From: Mobula hypostoma
Lineage: Eukaryota
Direction: 5' to 3'
NCBI RefSeq assembly: GCF_963921235.1
Contig: NC_086108.1
Location: 114,702,001 to 114,766,000, forward strand
DNA: 64,000 nucleotides
Below are positions 12,514 to 24,131 of the stretch, piece after piece. The notes below the pieces were generated by a model. It was not told the origin of the DNA, did not search any database, and saw only the letters and a program-made list of their open reading frames with translations. The first letter of the stretch is position 1; every line of letters starts with the position of its first letter. The translations under genes and the position numbers were made by a program.

Positions 12514-14400
12514 ACTCCAGAAAGCCATTGAGGGCGCCAAGAGGCAATATCGAGCCAAATTGGAAGCCCAGGCTAAACAGAGCGATGCCAGTAGACTATG
12601 GCAGGGTCTAAATGAGATCACCGGGCGCAAAGAAAAGGCTGGGAATATCAATAACTGTGGCGCTTCTCTTCCTGATGAACTTAACGTGTTCTACACAAGA
12701 TTCGAACAGAAAGAGGAGCGTCCAGCTCCCTCCGGATGAACCGGACCTTGTGGCATCAAGATTCATTGTCACCGAGGAGGACGTTAGAAGGGCCTTCCTG
12801 AAGATAAATCTAAGGAAGGCGATGGGCCCAGATGGCGTCCCAGGATGGGTTCTCTGGACCTGTGACAGCGAGCTAGCTGGAGTGTTTGCTGACATCTTCA
12901 ACTGCTCCTTGCTTCAGTCTAAGATCCCCTCGTGTTTTAAGAAGGCAACGATAATCCCAGTGCCGAAGAAGAGCAAGGTGGCATGCCTGAATGACTATCG
13001 ACCTGTGGCTCTGACATCAATTGCTATGAAGTGCTTCGAGAGATTGGTTATGGCACACATCAACCACAGTCTACAGGTCAACCTCGATGCTTTGCAATTC
13101 GCCTACCAGAGCAACAGGTCAACGGCAGATGCCATCTCTCTGGCCCTACATTCCTCCTTAGAACACCTGGAGAATAAAGACGCATACGTAAGGCTCCTTT
13201 TCATTGACTACAGCTCTGCCTTTAATACTATCATTCCAAATAAACTGATTCCTAAGCTCCGGAACCTGGGCCTTAACACTCAGATGTGCAGCTGGATCTT
13301 CAACTTCCTCACAGACAGGACCCAGGCTGTAAAAATAGGGGACAAGCTCTCCTCTACAACCACTCTGAGCACTGGTGCCCCACAAGGCTGTGTACTCAGC
13401 CCCCTGCTGTACTCACTGTACACCCATGATTGTGTAGCCAAGTTTCCATCAAACTCAATATATAAGTTTGCTGATGACACAACAATTGTAGGCCGAATCT
13501 CAGGTGATGATGAGTTTGAGTACAGAGAGGAAATTAAGAACCTGGTGGTATGGTGCGAAGACAATAACCTATCCTTCAACATCAGCAAGACGAAGGAATT
13601 GGTTGTTGACTTCAGAGGGAGTAGCAGACCGCACGACCCAATTTACATCGGTGGTGCGCAAGTGGAACAGGTTCAAAGCTTTAAGTTGCTCGGGGTCAAT
13701 ATCACAAATGACCTGACTTGGTCCAGCTAAGCAGAGTTCACTGCCAAGAAGGCCCACCAGCGCCTTTACTTCATGAGAAAACTAAAGAAATTTGGCCTGT
13801 CGCCTAAAACCCTCACTAATTTTTATAGATGTACCGTAGAAAGCATTCTTCTAGGGTGCATCACAACCTGGTATGGAAGTTGTCCTGTCCAAGACCGAAA
13901 GAAGCTGCAGAAGATCATGAACATGGCACAGCACATCACACAAACCAATCTTCCGTCTTTGGACTCACTTTACACCGCATGCTGTCGGAGCAGTGCTGCC
14001 AGGATAATCAAGGACACGACCCACCCAGCCAACACACTTTTTGTCCCTCTTCCCTCCGGGAGAAGGTTCAGGAGCTTGAAGACTCATACGGCCAGATTTG
14101 GGAACAGCTTCTTTTCAACTGTGATAAGACTGCTGAACGGATCCTGACCCGGATCTGGGCTGTACCCTCCAAATATCCGGACCTGCCTCTCGGTTTTTTT
14201 GCACTACCTTACCTTCCATTTTTCTATTTTCTATTTATGATTTATAATTTACAATTTTAATATTTACTAATTTTTACTATTTTTAATATTTAATATTTGT
14301 AATCCAGGGAGTGGGAAGCGCAGAATCAAATATCGCTGTGGTGATTATACGTTCTAGTATCAATTGTTTGGCAACAATAAAGTTTAAAAGTGTAAAGTAT
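12514..14400 (+). mobile_element. Rex1/Babar non-LTR retrotransposon, 5'-truncated (RT and 3' UTR)
   Basis: ORFs 12476-12739, 12612-13730 and 13773-14147: [53 protein letters not shown]; one frameshift near 12720, premature TAA 13728-13730; AATAAA then short tail. Confidence 0.92.
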
Positions 14401-15187
14401 ACCTGCAAGTTAACCTTTACGGTGATCTGCACAAGGACTCCCAAGTCCCTTTGCATCTTAGATTTTTGGATTTTCTCTTCATTTAGAACACATTTATTTC
14501 TACTACTGAAGTGTATGACCATACATTTTTCAAAACTGTTTTTCAACTGTATTGCCATTTTCTTGCCAATTCTCCTAATCGGACTAAATCCTTCTGCAGC
14601 CTACCTGTTTCCTCAATATTACCTGCCCCTCCACCAATCTTCATATCATCTGCAAAGCCATCTATTCCATCATCTAAATCATTGATATATAGCATAAAAA
14701 GAAGACACTGACCTCTGCTGAACACCACTAGTCATTGGCAGCCAACCAGAAAAGAATCCCTTTATTTGCACTCACTGCCTCCTATCATTCAGCCAATGCT
14801 CTAACCATGCCAGTAACTTTCCTGTGATGCCATGGGCTCTTAACTTGGTAAGCAGCCTCATGTGTGAAGTCCAAATATATAAGGCCTTCAAATATATAAG
14901 TACAAGGCCTTGGTGAGACCACACCTGGAGTATTGAGTGCAGTTTTGGTCCCCTAATCTGAAGAAAGACATCTTTGCCATAGAGGGAGTACAAAGAAGGT
15001 TCACCAGATTGATTCCTGGGATGGCAGGACTTTCATATGAAGAAAGACTGGATGAACTGGGCTTGTACTCGTTGGAATTTAGAAGATTGAGGGGGGATCT
15101 GATTGAAACGTATAAGATCCTAAAGGGACATACATCAAAGTTGCTGGTGAATGCAGCAGGCCAAGCAGCATCTATAGGAAGAGGCGC

Positions 15188-15223
15188 AGTCGACATTTCA
15201 GGCCGAGACCCTTCGTCAGGACT
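15188..15223 (-). ncRNA. Minimal type I hammerhead ribozyme motif (variant GAAAUGUC)
   Basis: Minus strand agtc-CTGACGA-agg-gtctcgg-cct-GAAA-tGTC-gact. Confidence 0.7.
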
Positions 15224-16204
15224 AACTGAAGGAAGAGTGAGTAAGGGATTTGAAAGCTGGAGGGGGAGATGCAAAATGATAGGAGAAGACAGGAGGGGGA
15301 GGGATAGAGCCGAGAGCTGGACAGGTGATAGGCAAAAGGGGATATGAGAGGATCATGGGACAGGAGGTCCGGGAAGAAAGACAAGGGGGGGGGTGACCCA
15401 GAGGATGGGCAAGAGGTATATTCAGAGGGACAGAGGGAGAAAAAGGAGAGTGAGAGAAAGAATGTGTGCATAAAAATGAGTAACACATGGGGTACGAGGG
15501 GGAGGTGGGGCCTTAGCGGAAGTTAGAGAAGTAGATGTTCATGCCATCAGGTTGGAGGCTACCCAGACGGAATATAAGGTGTTGTTCCTCCAACCTGAGT
15601 GTGGCTTCATCTTTACAGTAGAGGAGGCCGTGGATAGACATGTCAGAATGGGAATGGGATGTGGAATTAAAATGTGTGGCCACTGGGAGATCCTGCTTTC
15701 TCTGGCGGACAGAGCGTAGATGGGAAGCAGGATCTCCCAGTGGTCACACATTTTAACTCCACATCCCATTCCCATTCTGACATGTCTATCCACGGCCTCC
15801 TCTACTGTAAAGATGAAGCCACACTCAGGTTGGAGGAACAACACCTTATATTCCGTCTGGGTAGCCTCCAACCTGATGGCATGAACATCGACTTCTCTAA
15901 CTTCCGCTAAGGCCCCACCTCCCCCTCGTACCCCATCTGTTACTCATTTTTATGCACACATTCTTTCTCTCACTCTCCTTTTTCTCCCTCTGTCCCTCTG
16001 AATATACCTCTTGCCCATCCTCTGGGTCACCCCCCCCTTGTCTTTCTTCTCGGACCTCCTGTCCCATGATCCTCTCGTATCCCCTTTTGCCTATCACCTG
16101 TCCAGCTCTCGGCTCTATCCCTCCCCCTCCTGTCTTCTCCTATCATTTTGCATCTCCCCCTCCCCCTCCAGCTTTCAAATCCCTTACTCACTCTTCCTTC
16201 AGTT

Positions 16205-16240
16205 AGTCCTGACGAAGGGTCTCGGCCTGAAACGTCGACT
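16205..16240 (+). ncRNA. Minimal type I hammerhead ribozyme, intact core
   Basis: agtc-CTGACGA-agg-gtctcgg-cct-GAAAC-GTC-gact: stem I agtc/gact, stem II agg/cct, palindromic ACGT stem III; predicted cleavage after C16236. Confidence 0.85.
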
Positions 16241-17909
16241 GCGCCTCTTCCTATAGATGCTGCTTGGCCTGCTGCGTTCACCAGCAACTTTGATGTATGT
16301 TGCTTGAATTTCCAGCATCTGCAGAATTCCTGTTGTTTGCGTTTAAGATCCTAAAGGGATTGGACAGGCTAGATGCAGGAAGATTGTTCCCGATGTTGGG
16401 GAAGTCCAGAACGAGGGGTCACAGTTTGAGGATAGAGGGGAAGCCTTTTGGGACCGAGATTAGGAAAAACTTCTTCACACAGAGAGTGGTGAATCTGTGG
16501 AATTCTCTGCCACAGGAAACTGTTGAGGCCAGTTCATTGGCTATATTTAAGAGGGAGTTAGATATGGCCCTTGTGGCTACGGGGGTCAGGGGGTATGGAG
16601 GGAAGGCTGGGGCGGGGTTCTGAGTTGGATGATCAGCCATGATCATAATAAATGGCAGTGCAGGCTCGAAGGGCCGAATGGCCTACTCCTGCACCTATTT
16701 TCTATGTTTCTATGTTTCTATAAAATCCACTGTATCACCTTTATCTATCCTACTTGTAATCTCAAAGAATTCCAACAGATTCAGCAGGCAAGATTTGCCC
16801 TTAAGGAAACCATGCTGACTTCCCCTGTGTCACCAAGTACTCCATAACCTCATTCTTAACAATTGACTCTAACATCTTCCCAACCATGAGGTCAGGCTAA
16901 CTGGTCTATAATCTCCTTTCTGCTGCCTTCCTCCTTTCTTAGAGTGGAGTGACATTTGCAATTTTCCAGTCCTTTGGCACCATGCCAGAGTCCGATGATT
17001 TTTGAAAGATCATTACTAGTACCTCCACAATCTCTACCTCTTTCAGAACCCTAGGGTGCAGTTCATCTTGCCCGGGTGACCTGCGTACCCTTAGGTCTTC
17101 CAGCTTTTTGAGCACCTTCTCCCTTGTAATGGTAACTACACTCTCTTCTCTTCTATCTCACCCTCAACATCTGGCATACTGCTAGTGTCTTCCACAGTGA
17201 AGACTGATTTACCGTGGAGAATAATATTAAACCTGGAGAATTCTGGGAGGAAACAGTGATGTCCTGAAACTTACTGATGTTCTGAAAAGAGGAGATGCTG
17301 GCGATCTTGAGGGGCATAAATGTGGATATGACTAAGTGTATCCTCGGATATTGTGGGGAGCAAGGGAAGAAATTGCTGAGGCCCTGGCAGAGGTATCTGT
17401 ATCTTTCTCAGCCATGGGTGAGGTTTCAGACTGGATAATGTTTTGCCTTGATTAAAGAAGAGCTGCAAGGGCAAGCCAGGAACTACAGGCTGGTGAGCCT
17501 GAGATCAGCGGTGGGGAGGTTACTGGAGGGGGTTCTGAGGGAGAGGATCTACCCGTCTTTGGTTAGACAAGGACTAATTCGGGATAGTCAGCATGGCTAA
17601 AGTGGAGTTACAGTACAGAGGATTTGATTTTAGTATTCTCCTCAGAATATCATGTTTATTCAGAAAAATTAAGAGTAAAAGAGAGATGAGAGCAGATATT
17701 GGACAACTGGCGAGTGACACTGGAGAAGTAATAATGGGGGACAAAGAAATGGCAGATGAACACAATTAATATTTTGCCTCAATCTTCACTGTTGAAGACA
17801 CCAGCACAATGCCTGAAACTTGAAAGAGCTAGGGGCAGAAGTGAGTGTAGTTATTATTACTAAGGAGAAGGTTCTTAGGAAGCAGAAAGGCGTAAAGGTG
17901 GATAAGTTT

Positions 17910-18872
17910 TTACGTTGTACATCAACGATGGCTTTGTGGCTAAGTTTGCTGATGATACGAAGATAGGTGGAGGGGCCGGTAGTGCTGAGGAAACGGAGTC
18001 TGCATAGAGACTTGGATAGATTGGAAGAATGGGCAAAGAAGTGGCAAATGAAATACAATGTTGGAAAGTGTATGGTTATGCACTTTGGCAGGAGAAATAA
18101 ATGGGCAGACTATTATTTAAATGGGGAGAGAACTCAAAGTTCTGAGATGCAATGGGACTTGGGAGTCCTCGTGCAGGATACCCTTAAGGTTAACCTCCAG
18201 GCTGAGTCGGTGGTGAAGGAGGTGAACGCAATGTTGGCGTTCATTTCTAGAGGAATAGAGTATAGGAGCAGGGATGTGATGTTTAGGCTCTATAAGGCGC
18301 TGGTGAGACCTCACTTGGAGTACTGTGGGCAGTTTTGGTCTCCTCATTTAAGAAAGGATGTGCTGACGTTGGAGAGGGTACAGAGAAGATTCACTGGAAT
18401 GATTCTGGGAATGAGAGGGTTAACATATGAGGAACGTTTGTCCGCTCTTGGACTGTATTCCTTGGAGTTTAGAAGAATGAGGGGAGACCTCATAGAAACA
18501 TTTCGAATGTTGAAAGGCATGGACAGAGTGAATGTGGCAAAGTTGTTTCCCATGATGGGGGAGTCTAGTATGAGAGGGCATGACTTAAGGATTGAAGGGC
18601 GCCCATTCAGAACAGAGATGCGAAGAAATTTTTTTAGCCAGAGGGTGGTGAGTCTATGGAATTTGTTGCCACGGGCAGCAGTGGAGGCCAAGTCATTGGG
18701 TGTATTTAAGGCAGAGATTGATAGGTATCTGAGTAGCCAGGGCATCAAAGGTTATGGTCAGAAGGCAGGGGAATGGGACTAAATGGGAGAATGGATCAGC
18801 TCATGATAAAATGGCGGAGCAGACTTGATGGGCTGAATGGCCAACTTCTGCTCCTTTGTCTTATGGTCTTAT
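17910..18872 (+). mobile_element. CR1 LINE 3' fragment
   Basis: ORF 17967-18782 (LDRLEEWAKKWQMKYNVGKC...YKALVRPHLEYC...RNFFSQRVV); cttatggt tail; ataagt short duplication at the flanks. Confidence 0.88.
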
Positions 18873-21800
18873 AAGTCACTTGGACCAGATAGTTTACATC
18901 CCAGGGTTCTGAAAGAGGAGGCTAAAGAGATTGTGGAGGCATTAGTAATGATCTTTCAAGAATCACTAGTTTCTGGAATGGTTCTGCAGGACTAGAAAAT
19001 TGCAGAAGGGAGAGAGGCTGGAGAAGGGAAATTGTAGGCCACTTAGCCTGTTTATTAAGGATGAGGTTTTGGGGTATTTGGAGGCACACAATAAAACAGG
19101 CCAAAGTCAGCATGGTTTCCTTAAGGGAAAACCTTGCCTGCAAATTGTTAGAATTCTTTGAAGAAATAACAGGCAGGATAGACAAATTAAAGTCAGTGGA
19201 TGAAGTATACTAATTTTTTCAAAAGGCCTTTGACATGTTACTGCACATGAGGCAGCTAAACAGGCTGAGTGCTCATGGTATTACAGGATATTAGCATGGA
19301 TAGTAGATTAGCTGACTGGCAGGAGGCAAAGAGTGGGAATAAAGGGGGTTTTATGGTTGGCGGCCAGTTACTAGTGGTGTTCTGCAGGGGTCACTATTGG
19401 GAGCACTATTGGGTCCCCTGTTTAAGAAGGGTGAGAGTCAGCAGAAAGGAAACTATAGACCTGTTAGCCTGACATCAGTGGTTGGGAAGTTGTTGGAATC
19501 GATTGTTAGGGCTGAGATTACGGCCAAAGCCAGCACAGTTTCCTGAAAGGAAGATCCTGTCTGACAAACCTACTGCAATTCTTTGAGGAAGTTACAAGTA
19601 GGGTAGACAAAGGAGATACAGTAGATGTGGTGTACTTGGATTTTCAGAAGGCCTTTGACAAGGTTGCGCACATGAGGCTGCTTAGCAAGATAAGAGCCCA
19701 TGGAATTACAGGGAAGTTACAAGAGTGGGTGGAGCATTGGCTGGTCAGCAGAAAACAGAGAGTGGGAATAAGGGATCCTGTTCTGGCTGGCTGCTGGTTA
19801 CCATTGGAGTTCCACAGGGGTCAGTGTTGGGACCACTACTTTTTACAATGTACGTCAATGATTTGGACTATCGTATTAAGGGATTTGTGGCTGAATTTGC
19901 CGATGATACAAAGATAGGTGGAGGAGCAGGTAGTGTTGAGGAAACAGAGAGACTGCAGAGAGACTTAGATAGTTTAGGGGAATGGGCAAAGAAGTGGCAA
20001 ATTAAGTACAATGTTGGAAAGTGTATGGTCATGCACTTTGTTGGAAAAAATAAACGGGCAGACTATATTTTTAAATTTTTTATATTAAAAAATCTAACCC
20101 ACTACCAAGACTGAAGCTGATTAATAGAGAAAAAAAGAAAAAAGATTGTTAATCATCATCTGTGCTTTAACAGCAAATCAAAGGTTTTGAAAATAATTCA
20201 GAAAGGGTCCCCAGAATGTTTGAAAGTCTTGATTGGATTCAAAGATTGAACATCGAATCTTCTCTAAATTTAAACATGACATCACATCACGTAACCATTG
20301 AACGGGAATAGGAGGGGCCACATCTTTCCATTTAAACAAAAGCGTCCTTCTGGTCATAAGAGACATAAAAGCCAAAATGTGCAAATCAGATGGCTCCAAA
20401 ATAATATCCTTTCCTCCAACAATACCAAATAAAGTAGTCAAAGGATTAGGCTCGAAATTTACTTTAAAAAGTATCGAAAAGGTTTGAAATACTTCTTTCC
20501 AATATTTTCCAAGACTCGGACATGTCCAAAACATATGAATGAGTGAAGCCTCTCCATTATTACATTTATCACAATACGGAAATATATCTAAATAAAAACG
20601 AGACAACTTATCCTTCGTCATATGTGCCCTATGGACCACTTTAAATTGAGGGAGAGAACGACGGGCACATAACAATGAAGTGTTAACCATTTTAAAAATT
20701 TGATTCCAAGTTTCCTCAGAAATTGAAGTCTGTAAATCTAGATTTTTAATTTTATCTAAAGGAACACTTCTCATTCCCAACAGCATATTATAAATATTAG
20801 ATATAGATCCAATATAAAAAAGTTTCAGATTAAAGATTACATCTAGTAGATTCTTATCAGGACTTTTAGGAAATGTACTTATTTGATACCGTAAAAAATC
20901 TCTTATTTATAGATATCGAAAAAAATTAGTTTTGGGTAAACTATATTTAATTGACAATTGTTCAAATGAAAAAAGACTTCCCTCTACAAACAAGTCCTGA
21001 AAACATTTAATACCAAATCTATCCCATTCTTTAAAAGCCACATCGATCATAGAGGGTCTAAAAAAAAAATTAGAAAAAATGGGACTCGAAAGAGATAACC
21101 TCAATAAGCCAAAATATTTTCGGAATTGTATCCAAATCCTCATAGTGTCTTAAACTACCAGATTATCAGTTAATTTACCCAAAGACAAAGGAAGTGAGGA
21201 TCCAAGAAGAGAAATAATAGAGAATTTATTAACAGAATTAGCTTCTAAAAATACTCACGATTTATATAATATAACCAAAATGTAAGATTTCCTATATTAA
21301 CTGCCCAATAATAAAATCTAAAGTTTGGTAAGGCTAATCCTCCATTCTTTTTATCTTTCTGAAGATGAATTTTATTTAATCTCGAACGCTTATTCTTCCA
21401 TATATAAGAAGATATAACAGAGTCAAGTGAATCTAAAAAGGATTTAGGAATGAAAACCGGCAATGCCTGAAAAAGATATATAAATTTAGGTAATATATTC
21501 ATTTTGATAGAGTTAATTCGACCAATTAATGATAACGAAAGAGGTGACCAATTTAATAGTATTCTTTTTACATGATTCAATAAAGTAAGAAGATTTTCTT
21601 TAAATAGACACTCATAATTTTTGGTGATTGTTACACCTAAATAAGTAAATTGGTTTCTTACAATTTTAAAAAAAGTTAGAATTTATTGGTACCAAATTGT
21701 TCAAAGGAAAATGTTCACTTTTATGTAGGTTTAATTTATAACCTGAAATCTGCTAAAACAGGAGAGTAAAGAAAGCACATGGGGTAATGAAGTCTCAACA

Positions 21801-22962
21801 TTAGAAATAAATAGCAGCAGATCATCAGTATACAGTGAGACTTCATGAATAGTGTCTGTCCTTAAAATACCGGTGATATCATTAGATTCTCGAAAGGCAA
21901 TGGCTAAGGGTTCTAAGGCCAGATCAAAAAGCAAAGGGCTCAACGGACAACCTTGTCTAGTGCCACGTTGAAGCTTAAATAGTTTGGAGTTATGAGAATT
22001 AGTGATAACCCTAGCAGAAGGGGCTAAATAAAGTAATTTAATCCATTGTATGAAAACAGGTCCAAAATTAAATTTTTCTAAAGTTTTAAATAAATAATTC
22101 CATTCAACTCTGTCGAAAGCTTTCTCAGCATCTAGGGATACTACATATTCCGATACCATGTTAGAAGGAGAATAAATAATGTTTAATAACCAGTGAATAT
22201 TAAAGTGAGAATATCGATTTTTGATAAATCCGATTTGGTTATCAGAAATGACAGATGGTAAAATATTTTCAATCCTATGAGCCAAAACTTTAGATAAGAT
22301 CATAGCATCAACATTAAGTAAAGAAACTGGTCTGTAAGAGGAGCATTCAGTTGGATCCTTATTCTTTTTAAAAATGAGCGAAATGGAAGTCTCATAAAAA
22401 GATTGAGGGGGTCTGCCCGACTTAAGTGAAAACGAAAAAAACTGAACATAAGTGAGGTATAAGCAATGAGGAAAAGGTCTTGTGAAATTCTCCAGAAAAT
22501 CCATCTGAACCCAAAGCTTTCCTCAAACGTAATGAGCGCACAGCCGCAACAATTTCCTCAAAAGAAATTGGTTGTTCCAAAAATTTTTGGTTGTCAGCAA
22601 AAATTGTAGGAATATTTAGTTAATCTAAAAAATTGTTCATTACAGTATCATCCTTAGAAGGTTCAGAACTATAAAGTTTAGAGTAAAATTCTCTGAAAGT
22701 CTCATTTATTTCTAAATAATCAGTTATCCTATCACCATTAGCTTTGCATATTTCTTTAATCTGTTGTTCAGCTCTAAAAGTTTTAATTTGATCAGCCAAT
22801 AATTTACCTGTTTTATCTCCATGAATATAAAATAGACTTTTATCTTTTAGAAGTTTTGTTTCAATTGGATAAATTAAAAGATCATATTTAGTTTTAATTT
22901 TAACACACATAAAAGTTGCTGGTGAACGCAGCAGGCCAGGCAGTATCTCTAGGAAGAGGTGC

Positions 22963-22998
22963 AGTCGACGTTTCAGGCCAAGACCCTTCATCAGGACT
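22963..22998 (-). ncRNA. Minimal type I hammerhead ribozyme, intact core
   Basis: Minus strand agtc-CTGATGA-agg-gtcttgg-cct-GAAAC-GTC-gact. Confidence 0.82.
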
Positions 22999-23373
22999 AA
23001 CTGAAGGAGGAGTGAGTAAGGGATTTGAAAGTTGGAGGGGGAGGGGGAGATCCAAAATGATAGGAGAAGACAGGAGGGGGAGGGATGGAGCCAAGAGCTG
23101 GACAGGTGATAGGCAAAAGGGATACGAGAGGATCATGGGACAGGAGGTCCGGGAAGAAAGACAAGGGTGGGGGGGGGAGCCAGAGGATGGGCAAGGGGTA
23201 TATTCAGAGGGACAGAGGGAGAAAAAGGAGTGTCCTGTCCCATGATCCTCTCGTATCCCTTTTGCCTATTACCTGTCCAGCTCTTGGCTCCATCCCTCCC
23301 CCTCCTGTCTTCTCCTATCATTTTGGATCTCCCCCTCCAACTTTCAAATCCCTTACTCACTCTTCCTTCAGTT

Positions 23374-23409
23374 AGTCCTGATGAAGGATCTCGGCCTAAA
23401 ACGTCGACT
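23374..23409 (+). ncRNA. Hammerhead ribozyme motif, predicted inactive (GAAA to AAAA, G12 lost)
   Basis: agtc-CTGATGA-agg-atctcgg-cct-AAAAC-GTC-gact. Confidence 0.7.
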
Positions 23410-24131
23410 GCACCTCTTCCTAGAGATGCTGCCTGGCCTGCTGCGTTCACCAGCAACTTTTATGTGTGTTGCTTGAATTTCCAGCATCTGCAGAATTCCT
23501 GTTGTTTGTGTTTTTAATTTTAACACATCTTTTATATAAAGCAGGTTCTGGAGCCAAGGCATACTCTTGTTCTAACTGCTTTAGCTGATTAGCTAAATCA
23601 CTTCTCTCTTTATTAGCTTTCCTCTTAATACTTGCAGTATAAGAAATAATTTGTCCTCTAATATACACCTTAAAAGCATCCCATCTGATAAGACTAGAAG
23701 TCTTCTCTAACATATTCTGTTCAAAAAAAAGGTAATTTGTCTCTCCATAAACTTTAAAAAATCTTTATCATATAACAAAGTTAGATTAAATCGCCAAAAT
23801 CTATTTGCTTGAAGAAGACCAGGAAGATTTAAAGATAGAAACACAGGAGTGTGATCTGAAACAGCAATCTCTTTATATTCACAGGATCGAACTAATGGAA
23901 TCATTTGGCTATCAATAAAAAATAATCAATCCTGGAAAATGTATGATGAACACGAGAAAAAAAACAAATATTCCTTATCTACTGGATGAAAAAAATGCCA
24001 GGCATCAACAATGCCACATTTCATTTAAAAAGATTTGATAAACACAGCCGGTGATATCATTAGATACCCATTAATATCAGAAATTACTTTATGTTGAACA
24101 AAGGGAACTTTATTATCTATGAGGATCGAAA

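Larger units (their letters stand above)
15129..16343. mobile_element. Penelope-like element, fold-back insertion 1 (antisense arm 15129-~15721, sense arm ~15722-16343)
   Basis: Arms are reverse complements; encodes the GIY-YIG C-terminus KQDLPVVTHFN...EEQHLIFRLGSLQPDGMNIDFSNFR; 16-bp TSD TAAGATCCTAAAGGGA at 15113-15128 and 16344-16359. Confidence 0.92.
14900..16720 (+). mobile_element. Young CR1 family copy (3' ~600 bp) split by a Penelope-like insertion
   Basis: Near-identical to the 3' ends of 28936-32205, 50164-52520 and 58374-59503; (tttctatg)n tail. Confidence 0.9.
11836..17210 (-). mobile_element. Old CR1 LINE in three pieces (11836-12513, 14401-14890, 16721-17210) hosting Rex1, a young CR1 and a PLE
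   Basis: (accataag)n tail at 11836-11860; CR1 RT text resumes after each insertion (e.g. taccactgagtct|...|acctgcaagttaacc). Confidence 0.75.
22908..23511. mobile_element. Penelope-like element, fold-back insertion 2 (junction ~23232)
   Basis: Two inverted 3'-terminal arms; TSD ttttaattttaacaca at 22892-22907 and 23512-23527 (partly overlapping element sequence); interrupts L1 ORF2 at RCVKIKTK. Confidence 0.9.

Noticed and set aside
15129..16343. DNA transposon with very long TIRs, or an assembly inversion artefact
   Set aside because: Arms encode a GIY-YIG C-terminus and a hammerhead, differ by scattered substitutions, and are bounded by a 16-bp TSD; the same architecture occurs three times.
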